Source of the DNA: Candidatus Versatilivorator sp. | GTDB taxonomy: Bacteria; Acidobacteriota; Terriglobia; Versatilivoradales; Versatilivoraceae | DNA length: 64,000 bases | NCBI GenBank assembly: GCA_965207735.1 | Contig: OZ242296.1 | Coordinates: forward strand, 2,656,001 to 2,720,000 | Direction of reading: 5' to 3' | Part shown: positions 8,214 through 17,174 of the stretch, one piece after another | How positions within the stretch are numbered: position 1 is the first letter of the stretch | Layout: every line of letters starts with the position of its first letter | Translations under genes and position numbers: made by a program | Notes under the pieces: model-generated | Seen by the model: only the letters and a program-made list of their open reading frames with translations | Database searches by the model: none | What the model was told of the DNA's origin: nothing

Positions 8214-9401
8214 ATGAAGATTACCGACATCCGTGTCCATGGAGGCCGCCTTTCCAGCCTGACCTTCGTGCAGGTGGAAACCGACGAGGGCTTGACCGGA
8301 ATCGGGGTCACCGGCTCTCCCTCCTGGATCATCGGGCCCATTGTCCAGGACCGACAGGGAGGCTTGATCCGCTTTCTGGCTGGCCGGGACCCGCTGGAAC
8401 CCGGCCGCCTCTGGGTGCGCATGTTCCAGGACTGGCAGGCCCTCAGGGGGCGCGGCGGCGAGGGCGGCATGGCGGTCAATGCCATGGGCGCCGTCGACAT
8501 GGCTCTTTGGGACCTGGCCGGAAAAGCCCTGAACCAGCCGCTCTGCAAGCTGCTTGGAGGAGCGGTTCAGAACCGGGTCATGGCCTACGCCAGCGGCACG
8601 GCCTTCGATCCCGACTCCCTGGCGGGAAGTGTCCCGCCCCGACTGAAGTCCCCCGAGCAGTTGGCAGCGGAAAGCCGAGCCTTTGTCCAGCAAGGGTTTC
8701 GGGCTATCAAGTTCGGATGGGGCAACCACTTCCGCACCGAGGACGAAGAGAGATTGGCCGCCATCCGTCAGGCCATCGGGCCGGAGACCCGCCTGATGCT
8801 CGACTTCGGCTGTCCGGCCTATTGGACCCCCGGCTGGAACCTCAAGGAAGCCATTCGAGCCACCCGCTTTCTGGAAGAGTTCGACCTCTACTTCCTTGAG
8901 GAGCCCATGCCCCCCTTCGACGTGGACGGCTACGCCGCGCTGACCCAGGCCGCCGAGGTCAAGATCGCTTCCGGGGAGAGTCTGGGCACCACCCATGAGT
9001 TCCAACCCTTCATCGACCGCCGGGCGCTGGACGTCATCCAGCCCGACGCCGCCCAGATGGGGGTTACCCAGTGTCACTACGTCGCCCGTCGGGCCGAGGA
9101 AGCCGGCCTGCTCTGCATCCCCCACAGCCCCTGGTCGGCCACGGTGGTTGCCGCCCACCTCCACATTCTCTTTACCGTGACCAACGGAGCCATGGTGGAA
9201 TATCCCGGCTGGGAGGCCCTGCGCGAAGGGTCGACCTCGGCTTACCGGATCGCCAGGATGGCCCACGAGGAAATCATCGAGCGCCCACTCAAGCTGAGCG
9301 ACGGCTACCTCCAGCTTCCGGAAAGCCCGGGGCTGGGATTGGGCAACTACGTCCCGGAAGCGCTCTCGCGGATGGAACAGCTGGCGGCACAAGGAGATTG
9401 A
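8214..9401 (+). CDS. Mandelate racemase/muconate lactonizing enzyme family (enolase superfamily) protein
   Basis: MKITDI start, 'VDMALWDLAGKA', 'AIKFG', 'LMLD', 'FLEEP', 'ASGES', 'DVIQPD'. Confidence 0.92.
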   Translation: MKITDIRVHGGRLSSLTFVQVETDEGLTGIGVTGSPSWIIGPIVQDRQGGLIRFLAGRDPLEPGRLWVRMFQDWQALRGRGGEGGMAVNAMGAVDMALWDLAGKALNQPLCKLLGGAVQNRVMAYASGTAFDPDSLAGSVPPRLKSPEQLAAESRAFVQQGFRAIKFGWGNHFRTEDEERLAAIRQAIGPETRLMLDFGCPAYWTPGWNLKEAIRATRFLEEFDLYFLEEPMPPFDVDGYAALTQAAEVKIASGESLGTTHEFQPFIDRRALDVIQPDAAQMGVTQCHYVARRAEEAGLLCIPHSPWSATVVAAHLHILFTVTNGAMVEYPGWEALREGSTSAYRIARMAHEEIIERPLKLSDGYLQLPESPGLGLGNYVPEALSRMEQLAAQGD

Positions 9402-9402
9402 T

Positions 9403-10377
9403 TTGGCGGGAAAACCCCCTTTCCTGGCGGTGGTCAGTTGGCTCCCCCAGGGCTTGGAAAAGATCGAAAGCTGCGTGGACGGCGTCCGGGTGGTTGCCGG
9501 TGAGGACCGCGAGTTCCTGATGGAGGCCTTCGCCGAGGCCGAGGTGGCCTTTGTGGGGGCTTTCGATCCCGGACTTCTGCGGGTGGCCAGGAAACTCCGC
9601 TGGGTTCACGCAGGCTCGGGCGGCGTGGAAGGCTACATGTTTCCGCAACTGGTGGAGAGCGCCGTCACCGTGACCTGCTCCAAACCCTGCTTCGATTCGA
9701 CCGGGGCCGAGTACGCCCTGGGAATGATGCTGGCCTTCAGCCGCCGGCTACATGTCGATTTGAGGCACGGGCCGGACCGGGAGTGGGAATGGTCGGTTCC
9801 GGGGACCCTGCGCTCTCGAGGCCAATGGCCCACCGAGCTGAAGGGCAGGACCGTCGGCATCATGGGTCTGGGTGTGATGGGATCGGAAATCGCCCGGGTG
9901 GCAAAATGCTTCGGCATGCGGGTCATCGCAATGGCCAGAACGCAACGAACCCCTCCGCAAACCGTGGACCGGTTGCTGAGACCGGCTCAAATGGACGAGC
10001 TTCTGGCAGACTCGGATTTCGTGGTTCTGAGTCTCCCGCTCACTCCCGAGACCAGGGGAGCGATCGGCGCTCGGGAACTGGGAAGGATGAAAGACAGCGC
10101 CTGCTTCATCGATGTTTCCGGGAGGCCGGCACTCTACGACCTGGAAGCCGTTCGGAGGGCTCTGGAGGAAAGACACATCGCCGGAGCCGCCCTGCAACTG
10201 GAAGTGCCGCCCCCCGATTCGGCGCTGTGGGGGGTGGAAAATCTGCTGATGTCGTTCCACCGCGTCGTCACTCGCGAGGAATACCAGCGTTGCGTCGAGC
10301 TGTTTTGCGAGAACCTGCGGCGCTACTGCCAGGGGCAACCCCTGTTGGGCCTGGTGGACAAGTCGGCCGGCTACTGA
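9403..10377 (+). CDS. D-2-hydroxyacid dehydrogenase family protein (divergent active site)
   Basis: 'ELKGRTVGIMGLGVMGSEIARVAKCFGM', 'DFVVLSLPLTPETRG'; TTG start adjacent to the upstream stop. Confidence 0.88.
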   Translation: MAGKPPFLAVVSWLPQGLEKIESCVDGVRVVAGEDREFLMEAFAEAEVAFVGAFDPGLLRVARKLRWVHAGSGGVEGYMFPQLVESAVTVTCSKPCFDSTGAEYALGMMLAFSRRLHVDLRHGPDREWEWSVPGTLRSRGQWPTELKGRTVGIMGLGVMGSEIARVAKCFGMRVIAMARTQRTPPQTVDRLLRPAQMDELLADSDFVVLSLPLTPETRGAIGARELGRMKDSACFIDVSGRPALYDLEAVRRALEERHIAGAALQLEVPPPDSALWGVENLLMSFHRVVTREEYQRCVELFCENLRRYCQGQPLLGLVDKSAGY

Positions 10378-10412
10378 ACAGACCTGCTCCCGACCGATGT
10401 CCCGCACCCCCG

Positions 10413-11330
10413 CTACAGCAATCGCTGTTTTTTGAGGAAGTCCCCCAACTGTTCCATCTCGGCGTCGCTGAGGCTGTAGTAGGGAGGTCTTCTCCAACGC
10501 CCGCAGAGCCCGTAGTGCTCGTAAATCCCGTGAAACCAGGCGTCAAAGGCTCCCTGCCGCGCCATGATGAACTCGAACAGAGGCAGATCGAAGTTCCGGA
10601 TGATTTCGACGGCCTTGGCCATGTCCTCCGTCTGGATGGCCTTCCAATAGTCGTGGGATACCTCGGGCTTGAAGGTGATGAAGGTTGAAAGGTACCCGTC
10701 ACAGCCGAAAGGATGAAGGTTCAGGTGATTCTGCTTCTGCCCACCGGAAAAGACGGCCCAGCGGTCGTGGACCAGCAGCGCCATCTTCCGGCCGAACTCC
10801 CCGCACCAGTCGTCCTTGATGGCCACCACTCCCGGCACCTCGTCCCGAACCCGTTTGAGCGTCTCCAGGCCGAAGGCCTCCCCCCGAGGCACGAAGGTGG
10901 CCGTGATGATCATTACCGGCAGTTCGGCTGCAGCAGCCGCATAGTGGTCCACCAGCGTGGACGTGGTGCAGGACCCGGCCCAGTCGGGCGGCATCACCAT
11001 CAGGACGCCGGCACCGGTCTCCTTGGCGTAACGGGCGAACTCCACCAGCTTGGGTGTTCCCCAGTTCCTTTCGGCCGCCACCACCATCGCCCGCCCGGCG
11101 GTCTGCTCACAAACCACCCGGGTGACCTCGGCAATATCGTCATCGGTCAGGAGTGTATACAGGCTGTCCCCCCAGGTCAGCAGCATGGTGGGGCTGCCGG
11201 CCTGGATGGAAAAATCCACATACCGCCGCAGGCCGGCGTAGTCGACTTGACCGTCCCGCAGAAAGGGGGTCCGGATGGAAGCCACCGGACCGGTCAGATT
11301 GTTTCGAATCTCCTGCTTGAGAGCATCCAT
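10413..11330 (-). CDS. Dihydrodipicolinate synthase/N-acetylneuraminate lyase family aldolase
   Basis: 'TPFLRDGQVDY', 'VLMVMPP', Schiff-base lysine region 'VVAIKDD', C-terminal 'RPPY..L'. Confidence 0.85.
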   Translation of the reverse strand: MDALKQEIRNNLTGPVASIRTPFLRDGQVDYAGLRRYVDFSIQAGSPTMLLTWGDSLYTLLTDDDIAEVTRVVCEQTAGRAMVVAAERNWGTPKLVEFARYAKETGAGVLMVMPPDWAGSCTTSTLVDHYAAAAAELPVMIITATFVPRGEAFGLETLKRVRDEVPGVVAIKDDWCGEFGRKMALLVHDRWAVFSGGQKQNHLNLHPFGCDGYLSTFITFKPEVSHDYWKAIQTEDMAKAVEIIRNFDLPLFEFIMARQGAFDAWFHGIYEHYGLCGRWRRPPYYSLSDAEMEQLGDFLKKQRLL

Positions 11331-11333
11331 GGC

Positions 11334-11729
11334 TTACTCCTTGACGATCAGTCCGAGCAGGGCGCCCGCCACACCCCCTTGCACCACGGTTCCCAGGAAC
11401 CAGACCAATGCGATCGTGTGGGTAAAAGGCATTACGGCAAAGCTGCCGTAGCCCATTCCGATTCCAACGGCCACCCCGTACAGCAGACCGAATTGAATGG
11501 CCCGGCCCAACACCTTCCGGCAAATCAAGAACTTGTAGATACTGACGAACATCAACGCGGAAATCAGCGTCACCACGTAGATCAACCCGATCATGATCTC
11601 GGTCTCGGGCCGCCAAAGTGCAGCCGTAGCCCGATATTCACCCATCAGGATCAGCTGATGAATGACAATATCCAGCAAGGACCAAGCCAGAAAAACAGCC
11701 ACTACGGCCAGGATGGTTCTTTTCCCCAT
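11334..11729 (-). CDS. Small four-TM membrane protein
   Basis: Four hydrophobic segments; GGAGA RBS; operonic with the DHDPS-family gene. Confidence 0.75.
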   Translation of the reverse strand: MGKRTILAVVAVFLAWSLLDIVIHQLILMGEYRATAALWRPETEIMIGLIYVVTLISALMFVSIYKFLICRKVLGRAIQFGLLYGVAVGIGMGYGSFAVMPFTHTIALVWFLGTVVQGGVAGALLGLIVKE

Positions 11730-11769
11730 CTCGTCTCCTTTTCGTTACCCAGCCTCATTCCTGCGTTGT

Positions 11770-12136
11770 TCAGGAAGCAGCCAGGCGTAGCTCTCCCACC
11801 GAATCGATCATCCGACGCACCCGGTCTACGAACCAGGCGGGCGGATGTCTCAAGGGCAACCTGGCCGGGCCGCAAGGAATTCCGACCAGCGGCATGCAGG
11901 CCTTGATAAAGTTGCCCTCCCCCGTGATCCCTTCACGTATCACTTCCGCCAAAGCCCGATTGTACACTTCTTCCGACGCCATACACCCCCGTTCCGGTCC
12001 GCAACCCTCCGCTGACGAGATATTCGATACAGGTCCCGATCCTGGGAAGATCCAGTGAATAGTCTTCCTTCATGGGAGTGCAGGCTGCGACAAAAATTCC
12101 CTGATACTTCGATTTGGCCTCTTCGCTCTTCGTCAT
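11770..12136 (-). pseudogene. Internally deleted DHDPS-family gene
   Basis: N-terminus 'YQGIFVAACTPMKEDYSLDL' (ORF 11933-12136) is joined out of frame to the C-terminus 'FIKACMPLVGIPCGPARLPL' (ORF 11770-11982). Total 367 nt versus about 900 expected. Confidence 0.75.
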
Positions 12137-12200
12137 GGCTTCTTGTCTTCCCGGGCTGCAGTCGGTTGGTGAACGAGAGCCTCCCCCCAGACAGGAGTCT

Positions 12201-13385
12201 TCAAACGGGTGAGTATTTCCCGTGGGGGCGCTTGTGGATGGCGGGTCGACGACCGCCTTGGATCTGTGTCACTTCGTCTTCGACGGCCGCCACCTGGTCC
12301 CGGCTGGTGCAGACTTCCATCTCCAGCCGGCAGTGGTAGCTCTCACCCGGCGGCAGTACGATGACGCGACCCTTTTCCCGCTCGAATCCCTTCAGGTTGG
12401 GATAGTTGGTTCCCGGCTCCAGCCCGGTGACGTATCCGTCGGACAGACCGACCGTATTTTTCCACTGGGTGAAGTGGGGGAGCTCTTTCTTGTTGAATCG
12501 AAGCACCACGGCGCGGTCGCCGGAGGCATTCCGCAAGGCCACCAGGGTGCGGCCTGACGCACCCTCCGCCAGGTCATAGAAGTAAACCTGCTCCACGTAT
12601 CCGGGGGTGGGTGGCAGGTAGGTATCGATCTCCCCGATCCCCTCCACCGCCCAGGCGTCCCGGGGAGCGACCTCCAGCACGGCCGCCAGCATCTTGGCGC
12701 CGCCCCCCAGGAAGGGCTGGCCGAAGTTGCAATGGTAGACCAACTCCAGTTCGGAGGGAGTGGACTTCAAATTGGTGATGGTGTCCTGGACCGTCAAGCG
12801 GTTGGAGCGGGGAGTGGTGCTGACGGTCGACCGCAGGCGGAGGCCCGGAAGAAAGAGGGAGGATTCGTCCACTTCCCCCACCACCGAAACCCTGCCGCTT
12901 CCGGGATCGGAGCGGACTTCCAGGTAGTGAGCCGGAAGGTTGGCGATCTTGCCATGGAGGGTGAGGTCGACCGAGACGCGGTTCCCGTTGTTGTCGACGA
13001 TGACGTCTTCGCCGGGGGCTCCATTGGAGTCCAGGCCGCAGCGCACGATGCATTCGTCGAATCCCTTGAGCCAGCCCAGCCCTCCCCGGTCCCCCTCGTC
13101 CACCCACTTCGGATGCACCGGGCCCTTGACCGGAGATTCCCAACCCACCGGAATCCCGCGGCAGGACGCTTTCCACAGCCCCATTCCACGAGTTGGCAGA
13201 ATGGAGAAGGAGAGTTCGGCGTTGGTGACCTCCACCAGATCGACGCCGCTTCTCAAGCCTCCCTGCAGGCGAGCCTTGGAGACCGTGCAATCCGGGACCC
13301 CCAGGTCGTCGTGGCCCAGAAAGAGCGACTCTTTCCAGACGTTGGCACCGACATCGGTCAAAACCCAAGACTTCTCCTCCGCCAT
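12201..13385 (-). CDS. Aldose 1-epimerase-like protein (DUF4432-type)
   Basis: Start MAEEKSW after GGAGGG; 'LPTRGMG', 'RCGL..NGAP', 'LHGKIAN', 'YHCNFG', 'YVTGLEPGTNYPN'. Confidence 0.85.
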   Translation of the reverse strand: MAEEKSWVLTDVGANVWKESLFLGHDDLGVPDCTVSKARLQGGLRSGVDLVEVTNAELSFSILPTRGMGLWKASCRGIPVGWESPVKGPVHPKWVDEGDRGGLGWLKGFDECIVRCGLDSNGAPGEDVIVDNNGNRVSVDLTLHGKIANLPAHYLEVRSDPGSGRVSVVGEVDESSLFLPGLRLRSTVSTTPRSNRLTVQDTITNLKSTPSELELVYHCNFGQPFLGGGAKMLAAVLEVAPRDAWAVEGIGEIDTYLPPTPGYVEQVYFYDLAEGASGRTLVALRNASGDRAVVLRFNKKELPHFTQWKNTVGLSDGYVTGLEPGTNYPNLKGFEREKGRVIVLPPGESYHCRLEMEVCTSRDQVAAVEDEVTQIQGGRRPAIHKRPHGKYSPV

Positions 13386-13469
13386 GGCATTCCCTCCTCT
13401 CGACTGCGATCCTCGTATTCTAATGAATGGCTCGACCGATATGTCAATCGATTCCTGCCGGTGCACCCG

Positions 13470-13930
13470 GATCGGCCGGGCGGAGGCCCGGCTTGCCTGA
13501 AACAACCGACAAGAGACAAGAGAAAAAGACTTATCCACGAAGGGGCACGAAGAACGACGAAGGGGCACTAAGGCGTTGAGGTTGACCGCGACGGGGTGCC
13601 AAGGTCGCGAAGGGATGGTCGATTACTGATTGTCACACCGTGGTTTGATCCGCACGGCACGGAGGGGCCGGGCTCGCGGACAAACGGGAGTTTCCCAAAA
13701 GGCGCCTGTCGGCTCTCAGAGAAGTCGCCCGCCGCATACGCTCCACCGCACCATCGGGACGCCCCACCCGGGAGCGCGGGCGTCCCGCCCGCGCTCCCGG
13801 GTGGGCTTCCTCCCATGAGGTCGTGATATCAAGGTCACGGTATCGCAGATGCATTGGGGGGCCGTTGGTGGTTGAATGAGGTGCAGTTGTCTTCGGGGCC
13901 CTTCGCGGTCCTTCGTGTAACATCGTGGAT
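13470..13930. repeat. Repeat mosaic: inverted 182-bp-family unit, REP-like module and perfect 20-bp hairpin
   Basis: 13470-13675 is the reverse complement of the 27806-28377 unit; 13676-13792 is the reverse complement of 35074-35192; hairpin CCCACCCGGGAGCGCGGGCG-tcc-CGCCCGCGCTCCCGGGTGGG at 13763-13805. Confidence 0.85.
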
Positions 13931-14122
13931 CACTCTTTTAGCCTTGCGGATGAGCCCCAGTTGTCTCCGGCAAGCCGGCTTCGCCTTGATACCCGGGAAT
14001 CGGTTCGACTAAAATGAGCGGAGTCGAACAGACTCGGTCCTGCCGACTAAAACCCAAGCGTTCATCGGCGTGGCGCCGAGACCCCACTTATCCTGAGGAG
14101 ATGGAGGAGGCACCAGCCAACC

Positions 14123-17100
14123 ATGAGTTGTCTGCGACCGGCAAAGCCGCTGTTTCTCAAGGGCGGCGCCTGGATTGTGACTGGCTTGGCAGTGGCGGCC
14201 TGGTTTTTCAATCCCCTGCGCGCAGCCGAACCCGGGGAGAACTCCCCTCCGGATTTCAACCGCGACATTCGGCCCATCCTTGCCGACAACTGCTACGCCT
14301 GCCACGGGCCCGATCAGAACCAGCGCATGGCCGGTTTGCGCCTCGACCTCCAGGATACCGCCCTGGGGCGGCTGGACTCGGGCAAACTGGCCATCGTCCC
14401 CGGCCACCCGCAAGAAAGCGAGCTCATCCGGCGCATCACCGCCGAGGACGGCACTCTCAAGATGCCTCCGGCCTATTCGGGCAAGGAATTGACCCGGCAG
14501 CAAATCGATCTCCTGACCCGTTGGATTCGCCAGGGAGCTCCCTGGAGTAAACACTGGGCCTACGTCACCCCGGAAAGTCCGGCACTCCCGGCAGTGAAGG
14601 ACAAGAGCTGGCCCGCCAACGCCATCGATCATTTCATTTTGGCCCGGCTGGAACGGGAAGGGGTCAGTCCCTCGCCGGAGGCAGACCGCAGGACCCTCAT
14701 TCGGCGTCTGACCTTCGACCTGACCGGACTCCCGCCCACGGTCCGGGAAGTTGAGAACTTTCTTTCCGATCGGAGCCCCCAAGCCTACGAGAGACTGGTG
14801 GACAGGCTGCTGGCTTCACCCCACCACGGCGAGCGCATGGCCATGCACTGGCTCGATCTGGCCCGCTATGCCGACTCGGACGGTTACCATGTCGACTTTC
14901 CCCGATCGATGTGGAAGTACCGCGATTGGGTGATCGCGGCATTCAATGCCAACAAGCCCTTCGACCAGTTCACGGTGGAACAATTGGCGGGAGACCTGCT
15001 GCCCAATCCCACCCTGGACCAGAGAATCGCCACCGCCTTCAACCGCAACGGAATGACCAGCACCGAAGGCGGCGCCGACGCCAAGGAGTACCTCTCCAAG
15101 TACGTGATCGACCGGGTCAACACCACTGCGACAGTCTGGCTGGGCTCCACCGTCGCTTGCGCCGAGTGCCACGACCACAAGTTCGACCCCTTTACCCAAC
15201 AGGAGTACTACCAGCTGTACGATTTCTTCCACCAGATCCCCGAGAAGGGTCTGGACCGGGACCCCGCCCCTCCCTACCTGCTGCTGCCGTCCGAGGAGCA
15301 GCGCTCCCGGCTGAGCCAACTGGAAAAAACCATCCAGACCCTGGAAGCGAGCCGGCAAGCCCGGCTCGACATGACCCATGACGGCTTGGACGAGGCCCAG
15401 GCCGAATGGGAAGGAGAGCTGGCTCAAATCCATCGGACCCGCCAGGAGATGGAACTGAAGGAATGGTCGGTGATCGGGCCATTTATCGCCCAGTCCGCCG
15501 AAGAAGCCTTCACGAGGTCTTTCCCACCGGAACTAGAGCTGGACTTCTCCAAGAACTATCAGGACGGCAAGTTGTCCTGGAACGCTCGCCCGGACTGGAA
15601 GGACGGGGAAGCTAAATCGCTGCTGGGAAACAAGGCCGCCACCTATCTGCACCGCAGGATCCATACCGAATCGGCCCGCAAACTGAAATTCTTCGTGGCC
15701 ACCAACGCCCCCTATGCCGACGGTCTCAAGGTCTGGTTGAACGGAGGGCTCGTTCTTGCCAAAGCCGTGGAGGGCTGCGAGCCGGCGGAATCGATCCAGG
15801 TGCAGGTGGACCTCCGGTCCGGAGCCAATGACCTGCTGCTGAAGGTCGTCAATTATGGCGGCGGCTATGGATTCTATTTTTCCCTGGATGCTCCCTTGGA
15901 GGATAAGCGGCTCAAGCAAGTGATGTCGGCGGTCGCGGAGCCGGTGCTGGAGAGAGACGGTGGGGAAAAAACGGCCTTGAGGCACTATTTTCGTGAGAAA
16001 CATTCCCCCCGGCTGCAGGCCCTCGGCCGGCAACTGTCCCAGATGCGCAAGCAAAAGGAGGAACTGGAGAAAGAGATTCCCACCGTGCGGGTGATGGAAG
16101 ACATGGAGTTCCGCAGGCCCACTCACATCCTGGTACGGGGAGACTACCGGAGCAAAGGCGAGCGAGTATCGGCAGGCGTTCCCGATTTCTTGCCCTCGTT
16201 GCCCCCGGCAGAAAGGGTCGATCGTCTGGCCCTGGCTCGCTGGCTGGTCCACCCAGATCATCCGCTGGTGGGCCGAGTCGCCGTGAATCGCTTCTGGCAG
16301 CTCTTCTTCGGCACTGGAATCGTTAGAACGGCAAATGAATTCGGCACTCAGGGCGAGCCGCCCTCTCACCCCGCGCTGCTGGACTGGCTGGCTCGGGAGT
16401 TTGTGGACGGAGGTTGGGACGTCCAGTCCGTGCTGAAGACCATTGTGATGTCGGCCACCTACCGGCAATCTTCCCGGTACCGCCCGGAGCTTCTGTCCGG
16501 AGACCCTGCCAACCGATTGCTGGCCAGAGGCCCCCGGCTGCGGCTGCCCGCCGAGGCCATCCGCGACAACGTGCTGGCCGTCAGCGGCCTGCTGGACCGG
16601 GACCGCCACCCCGGGGGGCCGAGCGTCTTTCCTTATCAGCCTCCCGGACTCTGGGAGCAGAAGGCCTTCTACTGCCGCACCAAGTACGAGCAGAGTCGGG
16701 GCGAGGATCTATATCGCCGCAGTTTGTACACCTTCTGGAAGCGCTCGGTACCCAATCCCATCCTGCAAACCTTCGACGCACCCGACCGGGAGGTCTGCAC
16801 CGTCAGCCGGGAGCGCACGGTCACTCCGTTGCAGGCGCTGATCACCCTGAACGAGACCACTTACGTGGAGGCCGCGCGGGTGTTTGCCCAGCGGATTCTC
16901 ACCGAGGCCGGACCTTCGACGCGGGAGCGCATTCGTTTCGCCTATCGCACGGCCCTGGCCCGGCTGCCCGAACCTGAAGAGGAGAAGATCACCGAACGCA
17001 CCCTCCACAGGATTTTCGCTACTTACCGGGACGACGCGGCCAAGGCCCGGCAGCTGGCCAGCATCGGGGAGTCGCCGGCCGACGCAGATCTCGAGGTCAC

Positions 17101-17170
17101 TCAACTGGCAGCCTGGACCGGCGTGGCCAAGTTGATTCTGAACCTGGACGAGACCATGACCAAGGAGTAG
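14123..17170 (+). CDS. Planctomycete-type cytochrome c / DUF1549 / DUF1553 (PSD1) protein
   Basis: 'DFNRDIRPILADNCYACHGPD', 'HWAY', 'NAIDHFI', 'WLDLARYADS', 'CAECHDHKFDP', 'HPALLDWLA', 'TPLQAL'. Confidence 0.93.
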   Translation: MSCLRPAKPLFLKGGAWIVTGLAVAAWFFNPLRAAEPGENSPPDFNRDIRPILADNCYACHGPDQNQRMAGLRLDLQDTALGRLDSGKLAIVPGHPQESELIRRITAEDGTLKMPPAYSGKELTRQQIDLLTRWIRQGAPWSKHWAYVTPESPALPAVKDKSWPANAIDHFILARLEREGVSPSPEADRRTLIRRLTFDLTGLPPTVREVENFLSDRSPQAYERLVDRLLASPHHGERMAMHWLDLARYADSDGYHVDFPRSMWKYRDWVIAAFNANKPFDQFTVEQLAGDLLPNPTLDQRIATAFNRNGMTSTEGGADAKEYLSKYVIDRVNTTATVWLGSTVACAECHDHKFDPFTQQEYYQLYDFFHQIPEKGLDRDPAPPYLLLPSEEQRSRLSQLEKTIQTLEASRQARLDMTHDGLDEAQAEWEGELAQIHRTRQEMELKEWSVIGPFIAQSAEEAFTRSFPPELELDFSKNYQDGKLSWNARPDWKDGEAKSLLGNKAATYLHRRIHTESARKLKFFVATNAPYADGLKVWLNGGLVLAKAVEGCEPAESIQVQVDLRSGANDLLLKVVNYGGGYGFYFSLDAPLEDKRLKQVMSAVAEPVLERDGGEKTALRHYFREKHSPRLQALGRQLSQMRKQKEELEKEIPTVRVMEDMEFRRPTHILVRGDYRSKGERVSAGVPDFLPSLPPAERVDRLALARWLVHPDHPLVGRVAVNRFWQLFFGTGIVRTANEFGTQGEPPSHPALLDWLAREFVDGGWDVQSVLKTIVMSATYRQSSRYRPELLSGDPANRLLARGPRLRLPAEAIRDNVLAVSGLLDRDRHPGGPSVFPYQPPGLWEQKAFYCRTKYEQSRGEDLYRRSLYTFWKRSVPNPILQTFDAPDREVCTVSRERTVTPLQALITLNETTYVEAARVFAQRILTEAGPSTRERIRFAYRTALARLPEPEEEKITERTLHRIFATYRDDAAKARQLASIGESPADADLEVTQLAAWTGVAKLILNLDETMTKE

Positions 17171-17174
17171 ATCC

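Noticed and set aside
7293-9392. 699-aa minus-strand ORF
   Set aside because: Lies antisense to two well-supported genes; typical high-GC shadow frame.
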